DNA from: Microgenomates group bacterium | Lineage (GTDB): Bacteria; Patescibacteriota; Microgenomatia; UBA12405 | Length of the DNA stretch: 42,299 bases | Reading direction: 5' to 3' | NCBI GenBank assembly: GCA_049303675.1 | Contig: JBAQNJ010000001.1 | Location: 956,001 to 998,299, forward strand | Part shown: piece by piece, positions 9,002-17,074 of the stretch | Position numbering within the stretch: position 1 is the stretch's first letter | Layout of the letters: every line of letters begins with the position of its first letter | Program-made: the position numbers and the translations under genes | The notes under the pieces: model-generated | The model's input: the letters and a program-made list of their open reading frames with translations, nothing else | What the model was told of the DNA's origin: nothing | Databases searched by the model: none

Positions 9002-9238
9002 TTTTCCTGCCTCAATCATTCCATTTAGGTCCATCAACATCTTTTTGACTTCTGCTTCGCTCATACCGTGCCCCATTGCCCCCATCCCAATTGTTTCCAT
9101 CTCCGCTGCAAAACAGCTGACACAATGAAATCCATAATCCTCAGTTAATATCTCCGCTACTGCCGGATATTTCTCCACCACCTCCGCTATCAATGTGTTT
9201 TCTGTAATATATTGTTTTGATTTACTTTTACTGTTCAC
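8993..9238 (-). CDS. DUF1858-type small redox/disulfide domain protein
   Basis: TLIAEVVEKYPAVAEILTEDYGFHCVSCFAAEMETIG resembles the hybrid-cluster-associated DUF1858 family (from memory). The start is GTG, inside a heptad array. Confidence 0.6.
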   Translation of the reverse strand: MNSKSKSKQYITENTLIAEVVEKYPAVAEILTEDYGFHCVSCFAAEMETIGMGAMGHGMSEAEVKKMLMDLNGMIEAGKSK

Positions 9239-9263
9239 TGTTCACTGTTAACTGTTAACTGTT
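9230..9263. repeat. Tandem heptad array, ACTGTT(C/A) x5
   Basis: Reads actgttc actgttc actgtta actgtta actgtt. It spans the start codon and upstream region of the DUF1858 gene. Confidence 0.9.
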
Positions 9264-9653
9264 TTATATTTCTTCTAGTCTTATCAGTTTCATTTCTCTT
9301 ACAAAACTATCCTCAACCCTATTCCATATTTTTTTAAGCTCACAGTTGGCCACTCGACTGCACTCTTCATCACCGAGACACTTGACCATCCGCTTGTTTT
9401 CTCCCAAAGCTGCCATCAAATCATACAAATTTTTCTTCTGCCAACCTTCTACCAATTCATATCCTCCACTTTTCCCCTCGCGGCTAGTCACTATCCCCGC
9501 TCCTTTTAGTTTTCCGGCCAACTGTCCCAAAAATCTATAAGGCAATCTCAGCTTCGCAGCCACACTAGTCAGAGACACTGAACTTTGCCTATTTTTGGCC
9601 AAAAAAGCTATCAATATTATGCTATATTCTACTTTCTTAGGGATGGTTATCAT
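9264..9653 (-). CDS. Rrf2-family transcriptional regulator (IscR/SufR-like)
   Basis: Shows the N-terminal wHTH pattern (KVEYSIILIAFLAKN...SLTSVAAKLRLPYRFLGQLAGKLKGAGIVTSREGKSGGYEL) and C-terminal Cys residues. Confidence 0.85.
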   Translation of the reverse strand: MITIPKKVEYSIILIAFLAKNRQSSVSLTSVAAKLRLPYRFLGQLAGKLKGAGIVTSREGKSGGYELVEGWQKKNLYDLMAALGENKRMVKCLGDEECSRVANCELKKIWNRVEDSFVREMKLIRLEEI

Positions 9654-9664
9654 ATCTAGAATTT

Positions 9665-9678
9665 GGTATAATTATACC
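9665..9678. promoter_or_regulatory. Perfect 14-nt palindrome GGTATAATTATACC, giving a TATAAT -10 box on both strands
   Basis: Read directly. Each copy of TATAAT is preceded by TGG, which is extended -10-like. It lies 12 nt upstream of the Rrf2 start and just upstream of the candidate sRNA. Confidence 0.4.
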
Positions 9679-9833
9679 ATCCTACCAGAGGCGATCTTTA
9701 AGAAGGTGTTTTTTCTAGCTAAACTTCTAAAATGGAAGGTATCGTGTTAGCAAGGCTTTGCCCTAGAAACCGACCCTCCACCGCGTTTTTAAGCGTGGAA
9801 AAGCCGCTATTGAAGCAACGCCTTTGGTGGGGT
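9679..9833 (+). ncRNA. Candidate structured small RNA of unknown class (~155 nt)
   Basis: A 15-bp closing helix (9679-9693 with 9819-9833) includes three G-U pairs that would be C-A mismatches on the minus strand. Nested inside are the helix tttctag (9712-9718)/ctagaaa (9763-9769) and a hairpin at 9777-9799. No ORF is present. Confidence 0.4.
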
Positions 9834-9849
9834 AACTTTCTCACAAACT

Positions 9850-9884
9850 AATTTAAAATTTTAAATTTGAAATTTATAATCAAT
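9850..9884. repeat. AT-rich heptad array (AATTTNA family)
   Basis: Reads aatttaa aatttta aatttga aatttat aatcaat. It shares an exact 25-mer with 7935-7959. Confidence 0.85.
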
Positions 9885-9946
9885 TTTTAATGTTCTAATT
9901 TTAAAATTTAATCATTTTGAATTGATTAAAAATTAAAAATTGTGAA

Positions 9947-11092
9947 TTAAAAATTATTCTCAATTTCACTCCACACCCTCTCCAACCCCCCTCTATTATT
10001 CTTTGCCTCTGCTGCTATTGTTGTCTTAAATTTATTTTTATATTTCTCTGGGTTCTCCACAAACTTAAGGAAAAATCTGGCCGCCGAATTTCCCTTTTCC
10101 CTTACCCAGCCCAATTTCTTTTTCTTAATTATTTCGATATTACCGTCCTCTTGTCCCCCAATATGGGTAATCGCCACAAAAGGTTTACCAATGGCCACCA
10201 CATCAAATAAAAAATTGGGGCCGGCCTTGCCCATGACAATATCACTTATAGATAAAATTTTCGCCATATTGTCTATCCACCCCAAATTGATAATTTGTAC
10301 TAAACTATCTCTTTTTAGTGTCTTGATTAACATCTTGTATTGGTCAATCGTGTTTTTTAATAAGGTATCAGTTCCTGTATTAAAAATAATGGCCACTTTT
10401 TTCTTCACCAAGAGTAGCGAGGGTAATAATTTTAATATCGAGTTTGTCCCTAGGCTTCCCCCACCAATAAACACCACCGGCCTCTCATCCCCAATGCCCA
10501 ATTCACTTTTAACTGTTAACTGATCACTGTTCACTGTTAACTGTTTTTTGTACATCTCTTCCCTCACCCACCACCCAGTTTTAACTAGTCTTTTCCGCTC
10601 TATTTTATATTTTAGCCCCTCTTTCACTCCCACTTCATCATAGACAAAATTTACATCCGCCTCAGGTACAAAAGTAATTGGATTAATTGTCCATGGATCC
10701 GCCACCACTGTCATCAATTTGTACCTATACCCACCAGTTTTTCGTAGAGCTATCAATCCGTGTGACAGAAAAAAATATGATGAGACAATTACTTCTGGAT
10801 TCATAGTTTTGACTACTTTTTCTAGATATTTGGTACCACTCTGATCCAGCACATCAAAAAACAGTTTTCGCAACGCCTCTACTTCCATCAATTTGTGATA
10901 AAAACGGTTGCCACTAGGCAAATAGCGATACATCAGGGTGTATATTTCATTAACTACCGACAAGGGCATCTTCACCTCCACATATTCCACGTTAACACTT
11001 TTCTGTTGGCCCAAATATCCGTAAATCGCTCTGGCAATCGCCCGATGCCCCCACGGCATATTATCTGTAAGTACCAAAACTTTCTTTTTCAC
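9947..11092 (-). CDS. Glycosyltransferase, MGDG-synthase/GT28-like
   Basis: The N-terminus KVLVLTDNMPWGHRAIARAI and the C-terminal GGSLG...GKAGPN pattern are typical of diacylglycerol glycosyltransferases (from memory). Confidence 0.75.
   Translation of the reverse strand: MKKKVLVLTDNMPWGHRAIARAIYGYLGQQKSVNVEYVEVKMPLSVVNEIYTLMYRYLPSGNRFYHKLMEVEALRKLFFDVLDQSGTKYLEKVVKTMNPEVIVSSYFFLSHGLIALRKTGGYRYKLMTVVADPWTINPITFVPEADVNFVYDEVGVKEGLKYKIERKRLVKTGWWVREEMYKKQLTVNSDQLTVKSELGIGDERPVVFIGGGSLGTNSILKLLPSLLLVKKKVAIIFNTGTDTLLKNTIDQYKMLIKTLKRDSLVQIINLGWIDNMAKILSISDIVMGKAGPNFLFDVVAIGKPFVAITHIGGQEDGNIEIIKKKKLGWVREKGNSAARFFLKFVENPEKYKNKFKTTIAAEAKNNRGGLERVWSEIENNF
10511..10545. repeat. Tandem heptad array, (A/C)ACTGTT x5, in frame in the glycosyltransferase
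   Basis: Reads aactgtt aactgat cactgtt cactgtt aactgtt. On the minus coding strand it encodes QLTVNSDQLTV. Confidence 0.9.
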
Positions 11093-11114
11093 AATCTATA
11101 TTATCTCAAAAATT

Positions 11115-11393
11115 CTATGGCCGTAATGAAACAAAATCAGCAGTATCAATTATGCTCACTACTGCCTCTGCCCCCCGCAAACTACCTAGTGCAATCGTGT
11201 TATAAGTTACCGAAGAACTATCCACACCCTCCACCACTACATCACCATCTACCATTCCTACATATTGACTAGTTTTGCCCCCTTTATCCAAAAAACCTTT
11301 TAAGATGGCCAAATTATCAGGTATGTATTCTTCTTGTGTCGTCACAAACGTATTATAACAACAATTTTCAGTAGTTGGTACACTACCTAGCAT
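11115..11393 (-). CDS. Hypothetical protein (weak call)
   Basis: A 92-aa ORF that overlaps the HNH gene end by 11 nt. No motif recognised. Confidence 0.3.
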   Translation of the reverse strand: MLGSVPTTENCCYNTFVTTQEEYIPDNLAILKGFLDKGGKTSQYVGMVDGDVVVEGVDSSSVTYNTIALGSLRGAEAVVSIIDTADFVSLRP

Positions 11394-11799
11394 TTCTATT
11401 TTTCCTACCTTTACCCTTATTTGAATTTTTATATGTCGTAGTCAAACTGTGACAATTAGGGCATAGCACTCTCAAATTTTCTAAAGCATTATTCATATGG
11501 TTCCCATCAATATGATCAATTTCCAATGGTACCAAGCCAGTAGATCGATTGATTATCCCCCATCCACATAGGCTACATTTGTTATTATTTTTTTCAATAA
11601 AATATCTTCTAATAAATGGCTTTAATACTCCATTCGTATTCAGTGGATAAACTTTCCCTTCAAGCCACGATGAAATATTTTGTTTTCTCGTATATTCATA
11701 TTGACACTTCAACGAACAGAATATTCCAAAACTTGAGTAGTGGGGGCGAAATAATATTTTACAGTTCTTACAACAATATTCATCGTTTCTTCTTGACAT
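11383..11799 (-). CDS. HNH endonuclease
   Basis: Contains LEIDHIDGNHMNNALENLRVLCPNCH (the H-N-H motif with Cys pairs). It is divergent from the tRNA-Thr locus. Confidence 0.85.
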   Translation of the reverse strand: MSRRNDEYCCKNCKILFRPHYSSFGIFCSLKCQYEYTRKQNISSWLEGKVYPLNTNGVLKPFIRRYFIEKNNNKCSLCGWGIINRSTGLVPLEIDHIDGNHMNNALENLRVLCPNCHSLTTTYKNSNKGKGRKNRNAR

Positions 11800-11840
11800 A
11801 GAGATAATATAATATTATCACATCTCTACCATAGTAAATT

Positions 11841-11849
11841 TGTTATAAT
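11841..11849 (+). promoter_or_regulatory. Extended -10 element TGTTATAAT upstream of tRNA-Thr(UGU)
   Basis: TGnTATAAT ends 8 nt before the mature tRNA 5' end. There is no room for another promoter before the GIY-YIG ORF. Confidence 0.5.
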
Positions 11850-11857
11850 TTCACAGC

Positions 11858-11930
11858 GCCTGAGTAGCTCAGTTGGTAGAGCATCCCTCTTGTAAAGGGA
11901 AGGTCATGAGTCCAAATCTCATCTCAGGCT
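11858..11930 (+). tRNA. tRNA-Thr (anticodon UGU), no encoded CCA, T-loop TCCAAAT
   Basis: Manual cloverleaf: acceptor gcctgag/ctcaggc, D arm gctc-agttggta-gagc, anticodon arm tccct-cttgtaa-aggga, variable aggtc, T arm atgag-tccaaat-ctcat. Confidence 0.8.
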
Positions 11931-11931
11931 C

Positions 11932-12207
11932 ATGTCTGGGTATGTATATATCCTAAAATCATTAAAGAATGATCGATATTATATCGGTAGCACAAACAAC
12001 ATATTTCGAAGATTAACGGAACACAACTCTAGTAAATGTAAATATACTTCCGAATCTGGACCTTGGGAAATTGTATTTAGTCAGGAATTTGAGACTATTA
12101 AATTGGCTAGACACATCGAATATATGTTAAAAAAACTAAAAAGCAAAAAAGTGGTTGAAATGATAATTGTAAAAAAGAAACTATTTGTTAAGAAAAAGGA
12201 AATGTAA
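11932..12207 (+). CDS. Small GIY-YIG nuclease family protein (YhbQ-like)
   Basis: MSGYVYILKSLKNDRYYIGSTNNIFRRLTEHN carries the GIY-YIG signature. The ATG starts 1 nt after the tRNA discriminator base. Confidence 0.85.
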   Translation: MSGYVYILKSLKNDRYYIGSTNNIFRRLTEHNSSKCKYTSESGPWEIVFSQEFETIKLARHIEYMLKKLKSKKVVEMIIVKKKLFVKKKEM

Positions 12208-12208
12208 A

Positions 12209-12270
12209 TTGGTAGAGCAGTCCGAAAGCTTTCGGACAGGTCGTCAGTCCGAGTCTGACTTCAGGCTCCA
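12209..12270 (+). pseudogene. Truncated tRNA copy (D-loop to CCA) with the anticodon arm replaced by an 18-nt palindrome
   Basis: Reads ttggtagagca + gtccgaaagctttcggac + aggtc + T arm gtcag-tccgagt-ctgac + ttcaggc-t-cca. It begins 1 nt after the GIY-YIG stop. Its 3' acceptor strand can pair with the 5' acceptor strand at 11858-11864. Confidence 0.6.
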
Positions 12271-12470
12271 GTTTTCATATTGACCTCAATCAATTTGGGA
12301 ATTTCTCGTATCTTTATTTCCCCCTTCAAAAAAGCAATTAGCAAGTCATCTCCTAGTCCTTCTCCTGCTTCCAGCCTCCTCCCCGTAAAATTATTTATAA
12401 AAAGTATTTCCTTAGGCCTCTCTATTGGTTTTTCTAAGTAATCTCTCATATTATCATCCACAAACGACAC
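12261..12470 (-). CDS. Hypothetical small protein
   Basis: A 69-aa ORF immediately downstream of the HAD gene. Its last codons overlap the tRNA fragment. Confidence 0.4.
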   Translation of the reverse strand: MSFVDDNMRDYLEKPIERPKEILFINNFTGRRLEAGEGLGDDLLIAFLKGEIKIREIPKLIEVNMKTGA

Positions 12471-12472
12471 TA

Positions 12473-13261
12473 TTACTCCTTTATCAAACTCATAATTTTA
12501 TCGACTACCACCTCCCCCCCCACCTCTTCCCCTACTGCCACAAAATCGGCATTTAAGTGCTTGGGGTCAGTACTGACATCAATTCCTGCCACCGCTGTCA
12601 TATTCTCATCATTGATTCCATTGCCCACCGTCATTACATTCTTCATTTGCAGCCCCAGTTTTTCCACCAACTTTTGTAGCCCAGTTGCCTTATTGATTCC
12701 CTGTAGCCCAATATCGTAAGCCTCCTCGTTCCACCAACAATACAATTCATTCTCTGGATCATATTTTTTGACAATCTGCTCAACCTCTGCCACCGCCTGT
12801 TTACAATGCAAAGTTATCAAATACTCTTTTGGTTCAAAACCCAAAACTCGCGAATCACTCAATCTCCCCAACTCTTGCCTAATTTTTTCAATTTTGTCTT
12901 TTTGTTTTATACTTAATACATAATTCGTAATACTTGATACATCTATCTGTAAAAACATCCCTATCTCTGCCTGTAAACTATCAACTCTGTCTCCATAAGC
13001 ATTCATCAAATAACTCATCGATCGACCGCTACTAATCGTTATATGAAATCTTTTTCTCAACACTTGTAATTTTTCTAAAAAATCAATTTGCGGTGGGTAA
13101 CTCTCCAGTACCATCTGTCCATTTTCAAAAATAAATTCCGTCCCCTTCTTTTTACTCACCCCATCCCCATCAAAACAAATCACCTTGATATCGGCCAAAT
13201 TTTCCACAGTCAATTCACTTATGGGCAAATTGAGGTTTGTCTTCATAATCAATTCTAGCAA
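12473..13261 (-). CDS. HAD-superfamily (Cof-type, IIB) phosphatase
   Basis: Contains motif I FDGDGV and motif IV GNGINDENM. Confidence 0.8.
   Translation of the reverse strand: MLELIMKTNLNLPISELTVENLADIKVICFDGDGVSKKKGTEFIFENGQMVLESYPPQIDFLEKLQVLRKRFHITISSGRSMSYLMNAYGDRVDSLQAEIGMFLQIDVSSITNYVLSIKQKDKIEKIRQELGRLSDSRVLGFEPKEYLITLHCKQAVAEVEQIVKKYDPENELYCWWNEEAYDIGLQGINKATGLQKLVEKLGLQMKNVMTVGNGINDENMTAVAGIDVSTDPKHLNADFVAVGEEVGGEVVVDKIMSLIKE
12908..12943. repeat. Heptad array mixing AATACTT and TAATTCG units
   Basis: Reads tatactt aatacat aattcgt aatactt gatacatc, inside the HAD gene. Confidence 0.8.
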
Positions 13262-13289
13262 AATTCACCTATGTTATACTCAGGCAACT

Positions 13290-13643
13290 ATGCCCCAAAC
13301 TACAGTCGAGGCCTATACCAAAAAAGGCAAGCCACTTTTCAAAGAACCAAAAGTACTTTCTGATCCTCACGCCAACATGATTCATATCATCAGAGTCCCA
13401 ACTTATACCGGAGAAACAGTCATCATAAGTTCACATTTGTTGGTTCATGATACCAGATTCTCAAATGCTCATAGTCTGACCCAAGAAGCTACTCTTCCTA
13501 CATTCTCAAACCGACGCACTGAACTAGTTGAATTATTCGGTAGTAAAGACAAAATAACTAGGGTTGTCCTAATTCCCCATGCAGACCTTCCTGTCACTCG
13601 TCGTCGAGCAGCCTATACCATTATCATCACCCGTCAGAACTAA
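13290..13643 (+). CDS. Hypothetical protein (weak call; start moved to the first non-overlapping ATG)
   Basis: The ORF track gives 13185-13643, but its first 35 codons overlap the HAD gene. MPQTTVEAY... starts at 13290. Confidence 0.3.
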   Translation: MPQTTVEAYTKKGKPLFKEPKVLSDPHANMIHIIRVPTYTGETVIISSHLLVHDTRFSNAHSLTQEATLPTFSNRRTELVELFGSKDKITRVVLIPHADLPVTRRRAAYTIIITRQN

Positions 13644-13996
13644 ACCTCAATCTTTTTCAACACCTCCAGTCCCAAATAAGCGCATTTCTTACGACTCGGA
13701 GTCAGTGTCACCCCCATCATTTTTTCAATTTCTGCCCCAGACATTTTCTTCACCTCACTCAATTTTTTACCAATTACTGTGTCGAGCAATATATCCACTG
13801 CCGCCATCGAAATAGCACAACCTCCACCTTCAAATTTGGCATCAACGATGACACCTTTTTCAATTTTGGTAAAAATTTTTAGACTATCTCCACAGGTCAT
13901 ATTGGCCTCACCGGCCTCTATTCCATCCAAAATTTTACCCTTATGATTCGGGTATTTATAATGATCCAATATTAGTTCTTGGTAAAGATCGTCCAT
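13640..13996 (-). CDS. sufU: SufU/IscU-type Fe-S cluster scaffold
   Basis: Contains LILDHYKYPNHKG, CGDSL, GGGCAIS and KKCA, the conserved Cys ligands. Confidence 0.85.
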   Translation of the reverse strand: MDDLYQELILDHYKYPNHKGKILDGIEAGEANMTCGDSLKIFTKIEKGVIVDAKFEGGGCAISMAAVDILLDTVIGKKLSEVKKMSGAEIEKMMGVTLTPSRKKCAYLGLEVLKKIEV

Positions 13997-15150
13997 GCCT
14001 CAATTAAACCATTAATTAATTCATCTATATCACTTTTATCATTATAAATCCCCAGACTAATCCTAGTAGTTCCATAAGGCAATCCCAATCTTGTATGAAG
14101 TGGCATGGTGCAATGATGCCCAGCTCTAACCGCCACATTATATTTTCTCCCCAAAATGTCAGCCATATCGTGTGCTCCAATATTATCTACAGCAATGGCT
14201 ACCACACCCAATCTATTTTTATCATATCCGCTCCCAACTATTTTGATCCATTTTAATTCGGCCAATTTTTCAAACAAGTATTTGGTCACTTCAGCTTCGT
14301 GTCTCTGGATCTCATCAAATCCAATTTTATTTATAAAATCAATCGCCGCCCCTAGTCCAATCACCTGCGCAATCGGCGGTGTCCCCGCTTCAAACCTCTC
14401 TGGACCATCGGCCCAAGTCGAATTCTCTTCAAAGACCTCTTTTATCATTCCTCCACCATATCTTGCCGGACTCATTTCTGATTGCCTGTTGACCCTTGCG
14501 TAAAGCACCCCCACCCCAGTCGGTCCATACATTTTATGCCCCGAAAAGGCATAAAAATCACAATCTAGATCTGCCACATTTACCGGTATATGTGGTATTG
14601 CTTGGGCCCCATCCACTACTACTATAATATCCGGATTAATTTCTCTAGCTTTTTTTATTGTTTCTTTTATATTATTTACTACTCCCAACACATTTGAAAC
14701 ATGGGTAATTGCCAATATTCTAGTTTTATTCGTAATTTGCCTGTGCCCATTTGGGTATAATTCGTAATTCGTAATTTTTCCCATCTGTTGCCAGACTACA
14801 AAATTTGAGTGATGCGCCTCAATCTCCACCACCACCTCGTCTTCTTTTTTCAAACCCAGCCCTCTGGCCACCAAATTAATACTGTCAGTCGTGCCACTAG
14901 TAAAAATAATTTCCGCCTCATGTTTTGCCCCAATAAATTTGGCCACTTTATTTCTAACTTCTTCATATTCCCTCGTCGCTCGCTCTGACATTGGGTACAA
15001 TCCTCGATGAATATTAGCGCTGTAACTGGTGTAATATTCCATCATCTTATCCAGTACCACTTGTGGCTTGAGCGCCGTCGCCCCACTATCCAAATAATGC
15101 AGCGTTGGGTTATTTTTAAATATTGGAAATAAATTTTTATAATTTTTCAT
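13972..15150 (-). CDS. sufS: Cysteine desulfurase (class V aminotransferase)
   Basis: Contains the PLP lysine motif SGHKMYGPTGVG and the active-site loop RAGHHCTMP. Confidence 0.9.
   Translation of the reverse strand: MKNYKNLFPIFKNNPTLHYLDSGATALKPQVVLDKMMEYYTSYSANIHRGLYPMSERATREYEEVRNKVAKFIGAKHEAEIIFTSGTTDSINLVARGLGLKKEDEVVVEIEAHHSNFVVWQQMGKITNYELYPNGHRQITNKTRILAITHVSNVLGVVNNIKETIKKAREINPDIIVVVDGAQAIPHIPVNVADLDCDFYAFSGHKMYGPTGVGVLYARVNRQSEMSPARYGGGMIKEVFEENSTWADGPERFEAGTPPIAQVIGLGAAIDFINKIGFDEIQRHEAEVTKYLFEKLAELKWIKIVGSGYDKNRLGVVAIAVDNIGAHDMADILGRKYNVAVRAGHHCTMPLHTRLGLPYGTTRISLGIYNDKSDIDELINGLIEAWTIFTKN
14756..14778. repeat. Tandem heptad array TAATTCG x3, in frame in sufS
   Basis: Reads taattcg taattcg taatttt, with a further ttattcgtaattt at 14727-14738. 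The encoded protein segment is ITNYELYPNGHRQITNK. Confidence 0.85.
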
Positions 15151-15239
15151 GTTTTTATAAATTTTCGAAGTAATAGTTTTTGAGATGATTCAACGTGCGT
15201 CGCACATTGACCCAGCGAAAAAAACTTGTTACGAGAAAA

Positions 15240-15656
15240 TTACGATAAAAATGCTTTAATAATTAATTTTACCGCTTCTGGTCGCGCCAGTCCCCGACTC
15301 ATTAGGTAAAACAACTGTTCCTCATCAATTCTGCCTACCGATGCCGCATGCGATGCCCTCACCTCATTACACTCTATTTCCAATTCCGGCACCGCCACTG
15401 CCCGTGCATTTTTCCCCACCAATAGTACTTTCTGGCTCAAAAACCCCTCACACAATTCCGCCCCTTTTTCTATCTTGATTATCCCCTTCAAGTTCAAAAA
15501 ACCATTAGCCATCACCACTGCCTTCACCTCTACAATCCCTGTTTGATGTGGTTTAATATAGTTAGACACAGTTGTCAGGTTTACCACCTCCCCCGCCTTG
15601 ACTACCAACGTCTTCTTCAAATCCCTGCCTTCATAATTTAAATTAATTATTTTCAT
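15240..15656 (-). CDS. sufD: Short SufD-like protein (SufBD C-terminal core only)
   Basis: [23 protein letters not shown] matches the SufB/D C-terminal signature. It is only 138 aa. Confidence 0.75.
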   Translation of the reverse strand: MKIINLNYEGRDLKKTLVVKAGEVVNLTTVSNYIKPHQTGIVEVKAVVMANGFLNLKGIIKIEKGAELCEGFLSQKVLLVGKNARAVAVPELEIECNEVRASHAASVGRIDEEQLFYLMSRGLARPEAVKLIIKAFLS

Positions 15657-17074
15657 CCCACGCTCCCTTCCATTTGTAAATTAATTAATCTATTTAATTC
15701 AAGGCTATATTCCATCGGCAATTCCTTGACAATTGGTTCGATAAATCCATTGACAATCATTGCCTCTGCTTCATGCTCTTCAAATCCCCGACTCATCAAA
15801 TAAAACAATTGTTCCTCCCCTATTTTGCTCACCGTTGCCTCATGTTCCAGAGTCACCTCACTCTCATCAATTTTGTTCACCGGATAGGTATCACTGCGAC
15901 TATCTTTGTCCAAAATCAGCGCATCACAAACCACCTTACTTCTGGCATTTTTGGCTCCAGTCACCATCTGGACTAGTCCGCGATAACTGGCTCTACCACC
16001 ACGAAGGCTAATAGATTTACTGATAATTCGACTAGTAGTATCCGGCGCCAAATGAATACATTTGCCACCTGCGTCTTGATGTTGTCCTTTGCCGGCTACC
16101 GCTACCGACAATATCTCCCCATGAGCTCGAGCCCCTGCCAACACCACTGAGGGGTATTTCATGGTAATTTTCGATCCCAAGTTACCATCAATCCATTCCA
16201 TAATACCATCTTCTTCCACCCGAGCTCTTTTGGTCACCAGATTGTATACATTTGTCGACCAGTTTTGAATGGTAGTGTAGCGACACCGAGCATTTTTCTT
16301 CACAAAAATTTCTACTACTGCTGCGTGGAGAGAATCGGTGGTATAGATTGGTGCGGTGCAACCCTCTACGTAATGGACATACGCCCCCTCATCCACAATT
16401 ATCAGTGTCCGCTCAAATTGTCCCATATTGGCCGAGTTAATTCGAAAATAAGCCTGCAATGGCAAGTCAACTTTTACCCCTTTGGGAATATAAATAAACG
16501 ACCCGCCCGACCACACCGCCGTATTTAGGGCCGCAAACTTATTGTCCCCCATCGGAATTAGTTTTCCAAAATATTCAAAGACCAATTCTGGATATTTTTC
16601 TAGAGCCTCATCCATCCCACAAAAAATTATTCCTTGATCCGACAATCTTTTTAATAAACTCCCGTAAATCACTTCTGATTCATATTGCGCCTTCACTCCA
16701 CCCAAATATTGTTTTTCTGCCTCGGGTATACCCAACCGGTCATAAGTTGTCTTGATATCCGCTGGCACATCCTTCCATTCTTTTTCTGTGCCCGCACTTG
16801 GCTTTATATAATAAAAAATATCCTCAAAATTGATGGTGGATAGGTCCGCCCCCCATGATGGCATTTTCAGTTCCAAAAACTTCTCGTACGCCTTTAGTCG
16901 CAGTTCCATCATCCGTAATGGCTCTTTTTTCATTCCTGATATCATCGACACTACTTCTGGACTAAGTCCCTTTTTTGACTTAAACACATAATTTTCCGGC
17001 ATTGAGAATCCGTATTTGTATTCCCCATCCGGTTTCCATTCTTGCCCAGTCTGCTTCTTTGCAAATCTAGTCAT
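15653..17074 (-). CDS. sufB: Fe-S cluster assembly protein SufB
   Basis: Full-length SufB-like sequence, including [17 protein letters not shown]. Confidence 0.9.
   Translation of the reverse strand: MTRFAKKQTGQEWKPDGEYKYGFSMPENYVFKSKKGLSPEVVSMISGMKKEPLRMMELRLKAYEKFLELKMPSWGADLSTINFEDIFYYIKPSAGTEKEWKDVPADIKTTYDRLGIPEAEKQYLGGVKAQYESEVIYGSLLKRLSDQGIIFCGMDEALEKYPELVFEYFGKLIPMGDNKFAALNTAVWSGGSFIYIPKGVKVDLPLQAYFRINSANMGQFERTLIIVDEGAYVHYVEGCTAPIYTTDSLHAAVVEIFVKKNARCRYTTIQNWSTNVYNLVTKRARVEEDGIMEWIDGNLGSKITMKYPSVVLAGARAHGEILSVAVAGKGQHQDAGGKCIHLAPDTTSRIISKSISLRGGRASYRGLVQMVTGAKNARSKVVCDALILDKDSRSDTYPVNKIDESEVTLEHEATVSKIGEEQLFYLMSRGFEEHEAEAMIVNGFIEPIVKELPMEYSLELNRLINLQMEGSVG

Noticed and set aside
9679-9833. 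The structured element as a cis-acting leader or riboswitch of the Rrf2 gene on the minus strand.
   Set aside because: The three G-U pairs of the closing helix become C-A mismatches on the minus strand. The minus-strand -10 box also lies downstream of the element (closer to the Rrf2 ATG), so the element would not be in that mRNA.
12220-12237. The palindromic arm read as an 8-nt anticodon loop, that is, a quadruplet-decoding or frameshift-suppressor tRNA.
   Set aside because: With a 5-bp stem the loop would be aaagcttt, which lacks U33 and a purine at position 37. Both copies also belong to truncated tRNAs (one has no T arm, the other has no 5' acceptor and no complete D stem).
13185-13289. 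The upstream extension of ORF 13185-13643.
   Set aside because: The first 35 codons overlap the 5' end of the HAD phosphatase gene on the other strand. The first ATG outside the overlap is at 13290, and even the shortened ORF is only weakly supported.
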